In this document: positions 25,480 through 35,900 of the stretch, in pieces
How the letters are laid out: each line of letters opens with the position of its first letter
How positions within the stretch are numbered: the stretch's first letter is position 1
Source of the DNA: Elusimicrobiota bacterium
Lineage (GTDB): Bacteria > Elusimicrobiota > Elusimicrobia > 2-01-FULL-59-12
DNA length: 40,049 bases
NCBI GenBank assembly: GCA_038241515.1
Contig: JBBSDO010000002.1
Location: 1-40,049 of the forward strand
Direction: 5' to 3'
Translations under genes and position numbers: made by a program
Notes under the pieces: model-generated
The model's input: the letters and a program-made list of their open reading frames with translations, nothing else
Told to the model about the DNA's origin: nothing
Databases searched by the model: none

Positions 25480-25681
25480 TCCCAGGAGTTGAGAGTTTGT
25501 TGAGTTTCGTCACTGTTCACTTAGGTTCTTTGAAAATACGACGGCAATAGCGGATTATTCCCGTCGGTAGTACTGAACGATAAACGCAAAGTCAGCGCAA
25601 GCTGGCGACGGTCGCTGGTATTTACGGCGATTACCTTCCAGATTTTTGGAGGGTGCAAAGCTTCCGGTCCTCAAGGAGTTT

Positions 25682-26236
25682 ATGGGGGCAGCGGGGTTAC
25701 CGAATTCTATGAACCTAAAGAAGTACACATTTTCTATATTTGTCCTTTTCCCTTTGGCTGGCCTTTGGAAGGGGGGTCCATCGACACCGGTGGGCGGGCT
25801 GGCTAATAGGATTTCGATCCAAAACCACGTAGTACCTTCTCAGAACTTCCTGCCCGATTTAACACCCACCGTAGACGATTTAGATGCTCGGGACGCCCAG
25901 AATCGCTCCATTTCGGATGACGAAACCCGCTCATCCTTGCGGAAACTTTTCCTCGAAAATTTGTTCCGTCTGAGCGTCGTCGAACCGACCCATGCCTGGC
26001 GCGAAGCTGCTGAAGCGCTAGATGCTCTTTCGCGCCGATTTCACGACGCGTTTTCAGTGGTCTCTCGAGCGCTCCAACAACTCTTTCAAGCTCTTCTTCG
26101 CTCCCCTCTAAGACGCGTTGTGCACAATGTTAATAAGCTGTGGATAAGTATTTCCGTCGGAGTTTATCTCACTTTTTTCCTGTCAGCTAATATCCGCTTC
26201 CAAAACGTCCCGCAATCCCTCTCCTTGCGCTGTTAA
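25682..26236 (+). CDS. hypothetical envelope protein (N-terminal signal/anchor, helical core, C-terminal TM)
   Basis: AAGGAG at 25673-25678 precedes ATG 25682. The product has YTFSIFVLFPLAGLW near the N-terminus and LWISISVGVYLTFFL near the C-terminus. I recognised no family. The start could be TTG 25646 or ATG 25709. Confidence 0.5.
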   Translation: MGAAGLPNSMNLKKYTFSIFVLFPLAGLWKGGPSTPVGGLANRISIQNHVVPSQNFLPDLTPTVDDLDARDAQNRSISDDETRSSLRKLFLENLFRLSVVEPTHAWREAAEALDALSRRFHDAFSVVSRALQQLFQALLRSPLRRVVHNVNKLWISISVGVYLTFFLSANIRFQNVPQSLSLRC

Positions 26237-26320
26237 ACCCTACAGTCGCCCCGTATTTTTCTCGGGGACTTGCTGTCTGCTGTTCAATGGGTTTGGTATC
26301 CACCACAAAAAAGGGAGTTC

Positions 26321-27076
26321 ATGGAAAATCGATTCACCCACGGCCGGGATTTATTATTTTGCGCGCGCGCGTGCGCGCGTATATTAAGTAGCAGCGCTAT
26401 TCGCCTGCCCGTCGAATGGGTAGGCTATTTGCTGTTATCGCTTTCGATTCTCCTGCCGAACGTGACGTTGGCTCAAGACACCCGAACCCTCCGCGGCGCC
26501 GATTTGAAAATTCACGGTGTGGCGTTGAATCGGAGCCTCGAACAACCCACCCGCGAAAAAATGCATATCGCCGACCACTGCGGCTACGAGAAAGCAACGG
26601 CAAGCGCGATGCCCCTCGTAGGCTCGGACGGCGCAACTGTCATACCGCATTTCCAATCGAAACGTGGCGTGGTCCTGCTTGAAGGCTATATTCAAGGCGT
26701 CGAACCCAAAGTCTTGCATACCGCCTTGCTGAGCACCTACAAAAATCTACCCACAGCCATTCGTGGCGAAATAGCCATGCAACCCAGTCCGCGTTACAAC
26801 CTGGCCATTGCCCTCGCAGCCACCGTCGCCGGCGACGGAGACTTGGCTCTGGCCAAAGGCGACTTCCTAACTCTCCAAACCGATGGCCAAATTTATGTGT
26901 ATTCATTGCCCGAAATCACCGTTCCTAGCGAGGGGCTTGTAACACTTTTCGCGGGGACCGATGACTCCCTCTACTTCGACGCAGCACTAACGCACCTGGC
27001 ACATTCCGGATCTTGCCTGGATCGAAAACCTCACGACGGCCAATTCAATCCGGCGAAAGGATTCCTATCCAAGTGA
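26321..27076 (+). CDS. hypothetical secreted protein
   Basis: GGGAG lies 4 nt before ATG 26321. A signal-like segment VGYLLLSLSILLPNVTLA|QD is followed by a ~200-aa domain of no recognised family. The stop TGA (27074-27076) is 2 nt from the giant ORF's ATG. Confidence 0.55.
   Translation: MENRFTHGRDLLFCARACARILSSSAIRLPVEWVGYLLLSLSILLPNVTLAQDTRTLRGADLKIHGVALNRSLEQPTREKMHIADHCGYEKATASAMPLVGSDGATVIPHFQSKRGVVLLEGYIQGVEPKVLHTALLSTYKNLPTAIRGEIAMQPSPRYNLAIALAATVAGDGDLALAKGDFLTLQTDGQIYVYSLPEITVPSEGLVTLFAGTDDSLYFDAALTHLAHSGSCLDRKPHDGQFNPAKGFLSK
26361..26384. repeat. 24-nt perfectly alternating purine-pyrimidine tract, (GC)5-GT-(GC)3-GT-ATAT
   Basis: GCGCGCGCGCGTGCGCGCGTATAT, read directly from the sequence. 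It lies in the 5' part of the 26321-27076 CDS and encodes CARACARI. Confidence 0.8.
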
Positions 27077-27078
27077 GA

Positions 27079-29946
27079 ATGCGGACGCATCGGATTCTGC
27101 CTCTCGGCCGCCTCCTCTCTTCACTCCAACAGTCTTTGTTGCGAAATTTCGCCTTGCTCGTGGGGGGGTTTTTGGCAGGCATAATTTTTACTTCACCTCT
27201 TCACGCTCGAACCTTCATCTGGAACGCGTCCGCAACCGGAAACTGGAGCGTCGCCAGTAACTGGAACATAAACGACGGCACGCTTCCGGGGCCAAACGAT
27301 GACGTGAGATTTACCACAACCGGTGGGACGAATAGGTCCTGCAACTTTGACGTCTCACCCTCTACGACTGTCGCCTCAATCACCATTGGCGCAGGCTACA
27401 CCACAACCCTTGCCATTAACGCCAATTGTCAGCTGGAAAGTCTGGGAAGCTTCAGTATGACAAACGGAGCCGTGGTGAACGTGAAAACGTCTAACGCCAT
27501 TTTGAATATTGACGGCAATTACAGCCAGTCGCTCGGTACGATAAATTTGAGTGGTGGAAAGGAACTGGATATCGGGGGTGATTTCTCGTTTACGGGAGGC
27601 ATTTTTGTACCGGGAATCACCGCCACAGTGCTCTTTACAGGCGGCTATTTGGGCGCCACCTCCCAAAACATCACCGGTGCTGCTGCCAATTTTTATAACG
27701 CGACTTTCCAGAACTCCGCCGTGACCTGGGTCCTTCAGAGCAGCATTACGGTCAACCACAATCTTTACATTCAATTCGGCACCCTCGATGCCAACACAGG
27801 CGTCGCGGGCTGCAACAATTCGAGCTGTAACATCCTCGTTACGGGCAGTTGGCAGAACGACGATAATTTCACCGCTCGCGTGGGTACGGTCACTTTTAAT
27901 GGCACGGTCAACACGTTAGGAATCCATAATTCCGGTAATAACAATTTCGCTCACTTGGTGTTCAACGGCGTTGGTGGAAAATGGACCCTCTATGATCCCA
28001 TTGGGGTGAATGGCAACCTCAGCTTGACCAACGGGACTCTCGACACTTCTGCCACATCGGGTGGAAATTGCAATGGCACCAGCTGCTCTTTTACCGTAGG
28101 CAACGCGTGGACAAATACCGGTGGAACTTTTAACGCCAACGGCAGCACAGTCACCTTTAATGGCGCTATCGTCAATCAACCGATCACTTCAAACACCAAT
28201 AACTTCAATAACGTGACATTGAATGGATCAGGTTCATGGGTCCTACAGGACACGATGACGGTGACATCCACAATGACGATCACCCAAGGAACCCTCAATC
28301 CCAATAACAAAGACATGGGTGTCGGGGGTTCCTGGTTAAACTCCGGAGGCACGTTCTCGGCGAGCGCGAGCACAGTTACTTTTACGGCAACGAATCTACA
28401 AAAAATTCAACCCAACAACAGCGCGTTTCCTAACGTCATCTTAAATGGATCGGGCGGCACGTGGACGGTTCAAAATGCTCTAAGTGTGGCCACCATGACC
28501 ATCACGCTAGGTACATTGAATTTGGGAAACAATGATGTCACGGTATCTCAAAGTTGGTTGAACAACGGCGGCGCGTTCAGTTTCGGGGCCAGCACAATCA
28601 CCTTCACAGGTACAACCGCCCAGAAGATCAAGTCAATCGGGCGCAATTTTAATAATGTCATTCTTAACGGTGCGGGCTCTTGGGTCCTTCAAGACTCGAT
28701 GACCGTGACTTCCGGCCTCACAATCACCCAAGGGACATTGGATCCCTCCGCGTCAAGCTACGGTATTTCGATTGGGAATAACTGGCTCAATAGCGGGACC
28801 TTTACCGCACGCTCAAGTACTCAGACATTTACGGGCTCCGGTTCAGGATTCGGAATTAAATCCAATGGAAAGCCATTTAACGACATTATTTTCAGTGGAG
28901 CAGGCTATTGGACCCTTCAAGATTCTATGACGGTCTCCAGTGCCACCCTGAACTCGGGGAATACGCTCGAACTTGCTGGTTTTGGAGCCGCCGTATCCAG
29001 TCTCACAGTTGCTGGTACCCTGGTCGTTCGAGGAACGGAAACCATAACAAACAAACCCAACTTCCTTACCGGTTCGAATGCGACCTACAACGCTTCGGCT
29101 GGATCCCCCGTCGTATTATCGACCTGGGTCTACCAAAATCTCACTATTAACGGTGACGCGGCAACTATCTTTTCTGTGCTTGGCGGATCTTTGACAATAA
29201 ATGGGAACTTGACGCTCAGCGGAGGAAGCCTAGATGCCACATCCACGAACAATTACGGAATGGGGATCGGAGGAAATTGGACAAACAGCGGAGGGGTTTT
29301 CCTTGCGCAACAGAGCACCGTGACATTCACAGGCACTTCTGCGGGTCAAACGATTACCTCTCGCGGCAGTCCGTTCAATAACTCTACTTTCAACGGCACC
29401 GGAGGCACCTGGATACTCCAGGACTCGATGACTGTAACGTCGACGATGACTCTCACGGCCGGTACGCTCGATACTGGCTCCAACCAAGCGATCGGGCTAG
29501 GCGGCGGTTGGGCCAATAACGGTGGCACGTTCCTCGTTAGGGGAAGTACCCTCAGCTTAACGGGAAATGTTCCGCAACTCATCAACAATAAAGGCCAAGC
29601 GCTCGGTGTGCTGGTTGACTCTAATATCGTAAACGGGCTAGGGACCGTGTTTACTTCGAGCTTTTCAGCCACCCAACTCTATATCAACACAGCGTCTTTA
29701 GGACAAGGGACTACCGTACAGTTTCTCGCCACCTCGACTTCAAGCATTACGACACTGAACTTGATCGGATCCAGCACAAACCCGATCTATCTACGTTCGA
29801 GCGCCAATGGCTCTGCATGGCTCCTGAAAAACACCGGTACGGAAAGCGTTTCGTTTGTCGATGTGCGTGATTCGAGCGCTACGACGAACCTGATCTACGC
29901 TTCCAACTCCCGCGATTCAGGCAACAATACGGGCTGGGTGTTTGGG
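27079..29946 (+). repeat. module 1 of the giant protein (signal peptide, at least five ~74-aa sub-repeats, C-cap)
   Basis: W(V/T)LQD-type sub-repeat cores lie near 28240, 28465, 28685, 28910 and 29410. The module ends with ...LRSSANGSAWLLKNTGTESVSFVDVRDSSA...SRDSGNNTGWVFG. Confidence 0.7.
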
Positions 29947-32900
29947 CAATTCATTTGGCAAGGGAGCCAGGACACGAATTGGTCAAATAGCGCTAACTGG
30001 AATTCAAAAGCAGTTCCTTCAACCAATGATGCTGCGACGATTTCCGCGTCCGCGACCCGCTGGCCGACTCTCACCCAAGACGTGACTATCTCCACTTTGT
30101 CCATCACCGCCGGATCAACTGTCACTCTCAATGGGTTTAACCTAACGCTGTCGAGTTTCACCAATTTTGGAACCCTCGTGTTTGCCGGCACCGAAACAAT
30201 TACAACTGCACCTTTGAACGTGGCCGGTTCAACCGTGACCTATACCAGCTTAGGTGCTTCCTTAATACTATCCACTTGGACCTACCGCAACCTCATCATC
30301 AATGGGGCGGGAACCTTTGCGGTCGTGGGAACCTCTTTGACCATCAATGAGGATCTCTCGATTAACGCAGGAACCCTGAACAGCGCCAACAAAGATATTG
30401 GGATAGCCGGGAATTGGGCTAATAACGGAGGGTCCTTCATCAACATGTCCACCGTGACCTTTATGGGGACCGCATCCGGTAAGGGAATTACGTCACGCGG
30501 CAGCAATTTCAATAACCTCATCCTGAATGGTTCCCTAGGGTATTGGACCTTGCAAGATTCCATGACGGTGGTCTCCTCCATGACGATCTCAGCAGGAACT
30601 TTAGACGCGTCGACGGGGAATTGCTTGGCGGGAACGGCCAGCTGCAATATTTCAGTCGCGGGGACCTGGCTTAATAGCAACACGGGCGTCTTTATCGCCA
30701 ATACCAGCACCGTGACGTTCAACGGGACCCTTACGGGGCAGAAAATCACTTCTCGAGGGAATCCCTTTTACAACCTGTCCATTAGTGGAGGGGCGAACGG
30801 CTTCTGGACCCTTCAGGATTCCATGACCGTGACGAACAACGTCACCTTGGCCCTCGGTAAATTGGATGCCTCGACGGCCAATTGCGCCGGCGCCAGTTGC
30901 AATCTGTCCGTGGCCGGAAACTGGCTCAATAACGGCGGCACTTTTGCCACACAACTCAGTACCGTGACGTTTAACGGCACGACCTCCGGTCACACGATCA
31001 CTTCCCGCGGCAATAACTTCAACAACGTCACAGTCAACGGCGTGAGCGGTTATTGGACATTACAAGACTCCATGACCTTAACCTCCACCATGACGCTCAC
31101 CGCCGGCACGTTCGACACCGGCAGCAACCAGGCGATCCGGCTCACGGGCGGTTGGGCCACGACGGCGGGGACTTTCATTGCCAATGGGAGCACCCTGACT
31201 CTCGTTGGAACAAATCTCCAAGTCATCAACGCGAAAGGACAAACCTTCGGAGTCATCGTCGACTCCAACACGACCGCCGGTGTGGTTGTATTCAGTTCCA
31301 GTTTTACGGCCGGCCAGTTTTACCTCAACGGCTCGGGGCTGGGACAAGCGACAACGGTCTACTTCCAGGCGGGTTCGACTGCTACGATTACGAGTTTTAA
31401 TATCATCGGCTCGGCTTCCAACGGAGTTTATCTCCGTTCGACGACGAACGGAAATTCCTGGTCTCTGTCGAATACGAGCACAAATACCGTGACTTTTGCC
31501 AACGCCTCGGATTCGGACGCCCGTTTGGCTACTCAAATCAGGGCCGTTTCGTCTACGGATGGGGGAAATAATAAAAATTGGAACTTTGTCGGTCAGTCCG
31601 GAACAAAACAGTGGGTCGGGGGAGCCACCACCGGTTCGAATACGAATTGGTCAAACGGAGCAAACTGGGATCTAGGCGTTCCATCGACGTTAGATACGGT
31701 TCTGATTCTGTCTTCAGCAACCACGATGCCGCAATTGACATCCAATGTGTCGGTCGCCAACGTCACAATCGGAACCGCCCCCGCTTCTCTCAATTTAAAC
31801 GGCTACAACCTATCTAACACGTCCAACCTAAGCAATAAAGGTAACTTGCAATTACAGGGAGGCGAATCGATTACTCCGGTGCCTTCATTTGTAGCCGGCT
31901 CCTCCGTAACGTATACGGGAGATGGGACGTCCGGAAATTTCATCGTCTATTCCACGTGGACTTACAGCAATCTCGTCATCACGGGAACTTTCGGCAACTT
32001 CGCCGTGACCGGCGCTGGTGCTATGACAATTGGACAGAGCCTGGCTATCAATTCCGGAAATGTCACGCTCCCCAATAATAACGCGGTCAATGTTACCGGC
32101 AATGTGGCCATTCAAGGGGCTCTCTCCAATCTCACGTTAAGCGGGTCGACGATCACGGTCGGAGGCAACTGGACGATCGGCCAAGCCAGTGACTTTACGC
32201 CGGGAAATTCCGTTCTGGCCTTCTCTTCCTCAAACCCGGGTCGCTCGATACAGCCCGCTGGAAGTTCCTTCAATTCGGTTACATTTAGCCAATCTGGCGG
32301 CAATTGGAATCTAGCAGGAGACATGAATACAACGGGCGCCACGATCAATTCAGGAGCCGGACTTACCCTCGCCGGCTTCAATCTAACAGTCTCCAGTTTT
32401 ACGATAGGCGGAACCCTGACACTGGGCGGCACGGAAAACGTCAGCACTAAGCCTAATAATCTTGTCGGTTCCACGGTGACTTACAACGGCGGAGGGCAAA
32501 CGATCGTCCTTTCGACCTGGTCTTACCGCAACGTGATCATCAATGGAGCCGGCACATTCAAGGTCAATGGCGGTTCCCTCACTATTAATGAAAGTCTCAC
32601 CTTGGCCGCTGGCACGCTGGATCCCACGGTCAGCAACTATACGATCGGCGTGGCAAACAACTGGACGAATAGCGGAGGAAGTTTCCTCGCTCGTGCCAGT
32701 ACCATCACCTTCACGGGGTCCTCTGCGGCGGGGACGATCCAATCCGCAGGTGTGCCTTTTGCGAACGTCCAGATAAACAGCATAGGAGGCGCTGGCTATT
32801 GGACGCTTTTGGATTCCATGACCGTAACGTCCTCCATGACTCTGACGGCGGGGACGTTCGACACCTCGGGCTCGAACAACCTGGGAATCTCCCTAGGAGG

Positions 32901-35900
32901 AAATTGGGCCAATCTCGGAGGAACCTTCGTAACGAACTTAAGCACTCTAACCTTGAACGGCACCCTTGCTCAGAAGGTGAACAACAATGGCCAGGCCTTT
33001 GCGCTCTTGCTGGATTCCAACACCTCTTCCGGCGGCGTGACCTTTTCTTCAAGTTTCTCGGCGACCGGCCTCACCATTAATGGCTCCGCCACCGGACTGA
33101 ATAGTGCCACCACCGTTTACTTTAATGCCGGATCGACATTCACGATTACAAACTTGACGCTGACCGGGGCCGCCGCCAAAAAGGTCTGGATGCGATCCAC
33201 ATTAGGTGGAAAAAACTGGATGTTCAACAACACGGGCGCCAACACCGTTACATTTGTCGATGTGGCGGACTCCGATGCGCGGCCGGGCACCTTAATTACA
33301 GCTACGAATAACGACACAGACTCCGGCAATAACAAAAATTGGAACTTCGGCACGACAGGTCAATTAAAAACCTGGTGGGGAAAATCGGATTCGGATTGGA
33401 CCAAAGGCTACAACTGGGACAACGGTACTCCCTCTCTTCAAGATTCGGCATTGATCGTTTCTACGGCAACCATTATGCCGATCATGACCTCCAATGTGAC
33501 GATCTCGACGCTGACGATCAATTCCGGCTCGACGGTCACGCTCAGTGGATTCAATCTGACTTTAACGAGTTTTACGAACGCCGGCGCCTTCGCCTTTTAC
33601 GGAACAGAAATTGTGAGTACAAAGCCTTACAGCATGGCGGGTTCAACGATCGCCTACACCGGTACAGCGACTTCGCTCGTTCTTTCAAGTTGGACCTATC
33701 GGAATTTGGTCATTAGTGGGAATGCAGGACTCTTTAACGTCGCCGGCGGCTCTCTAACCATCAATGAAAGCATCAACCTCGTCGCCGGCACCCTGGATGC
33801 GACGGCCAGTAACTACACCTTGGGTGTCGGCGCCAATTGGGTCAACAGCGGGGGTTCTTTCACTGCCCAGCAAAGCACCGTTAGCTTTACTGGTGTGGGC
33901 ACAGCTTACACCATTCAGTCCAGAGGCAACCCTTTCGGCCACGTTCAATTCAACAGTCCGGGGGGCGTTGGTTACTGGACCTTGCAAGACTCGATGACGG
34001 TGACCTCCTCGATGACCTTCACCGCCGGTACCTTAGACACCGGATCCAATTGTGCGGGTCTTGGCTGCAACCTTTCCGTGGGAGGATCCTGGTTACTTAA
34101 AAATACCGGCGTTTTTGTCGCGAACCAGAGTACGGTCACTTTCATTGGATCGACGGTTGGTCAACGCATCACCTCGGGCGGCAACAGCTTTAATCACGTA
34201 GCCTTCAGCGGAGCGGGAGGCTACTGGACGCTCCAAGATGCGATGGTGATCGCCTCCACCTTAACCCTGGCAGCGGGAACGATGGATGGAGGCGTTCAGA
34301 GTATTACCTTGGGTGGAGGCTTGGACAATAAAGGAGGTACTTTCGTTGCGAATGGAAGCACCTTGACCTTAAATGGCAGCGTTCCACAGAAAATTAATAA
34401 CGCCTTTGGTCAGGCCTTCGGAGTCCTTCTCGATTCCAATACCACAGGCGGTGGGGTGACGTTTAATTCGAGTTTTACAGCGACAGGCCTGACGGTCAAC
34501 GGAGCCGCCCAGAGCAGCCCCATGATGGTTTACTTTCATGCCGGATCCAGCTACACGATCACGAATTTGACTCTTACGGGTTCCAGTGGTCAACCGGTCA
34601 CTTTGCGATCGAGCATTAACGGTACCGCCTGGAAGCTAAAAAATACAGGAGCGGAAAGCGCTTCCTTCGTGGATGTTCAAGATTCCAATGCCAGCTCTAG
34701 CGCCAATCCGATTTACGCCTCCAATTCCACAAACTCCGGAAATAACGTGAATTGGAACTTCGGCCAATTCACCTGGCTGGGAACGGTGGATACCAACTGG
34801 TCGAATGCCGCGAACTGGAATTCCATATCGGTTCCGGCAGCAAACGATGCCGCCTCCTTATCTCCTGGGGCCCCGCGGATGCCGGTTTTAACACAAGCCG
34901 TTGCGATCTCAACGCTGACGATACCGGCGGGTTCTACGGTCACCTTGAACGGCTTCAGTCTGACTCTCTCCAGCTTCACGAATGCCGGGAGTGTAGTCCT
35001 TGTTGGAACTGAAGCAGTCAGCTCCGTTCCTTTGAACCTTGCCGGCTCCTCCGTCACCTACACCAGCAATGGGACGTCGATTGTTTTATCCACTTGGAGC
35101 TATCGCAACTTGCTCATTAACGGCGCCGGCACTTTCAAAGCCAGCGGTGCCCTCACCGTGGCGGAGAACTTCAACATCAATGCGGGAACGTTCAACAGCA
35201 ACAGCAAAGACATAACCGTGGGGCAGGATTGGTTGACGAACAGTGGTTCGTTTATCAATATCTCAACCGTCACTTTTACCGCCGGGGGAGCACAACAAAT
35301 TTCGTCTCGCAACAGTAACTTCGGTAATGTGATCTTCAACGGAGCGGGGGGTTACTGGACCTTGGTGGATTCCATGACGATTGTCTCCACCATGACGATC
35401 ACGCAAGGCACGCTGGATACCTCCGCGGCCAGCTGCGGCGGCGTCAGTTGCAACATCAGCGTTGCGGGCACCTGGCTCGTTAACAACAGTGGCGTTTTCG
35501 TGGCGAATACGAGCACGGTCACGTTCAACGGCACGGTCACTGGCCAGAAGATCACTTCCCGCGGCAGCAGCTTCAATAATATGACCCTCAACGGGACGGG
35601 CGGCTCCTGGACGCTTCAAGATCCGCTGACCCTCACTTCGACCATGACGCTCATCGCTGGCACGCTCAAGACTGGAACCGCTCAGCCGATTACGCTATCC
35701 GGAGGTTGGGCTAATACGGGAGGACTCTTCACGGCCTCCGGCCACACCCTTTATCTGACCGGCGCCAATCCCCAATACATCAACAACAGAGGGCAAGGCT
35801 TCGGCGTCCTGATCGATTCCAACACCACGACCGGCGGACTGATTTTCACCTCGAGCTTTTCCGCGACACAGCTCTTTGTGAACGGAGCCGGCCTCGGTAG

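Noticed and set aside
25539-25617. Possible c-di-GMP-I (GEMM-I) riboswitch in the operon leader, based on GGCAA... and ACGCAAAG strings and a GNRA hairpin.
   Set aside because: Only one 8-mer matches the conserved core, and an 8-mer match is expected by chance in 40 kb. The GNRA loop is on the wrong hairpin, and I cannot build the P1/P2 architecture. A covariance-model search is needed before any claim.
26139-26147. Perfect DnaA box TGTGGATAA (complement of TTATCCACA).
   Set aside because: It is a single copy inside a coding region. One occurrence in 40 kb is near chance expectation, and there is no cluster, AT-rich unwinding element or adjacent dnaA.
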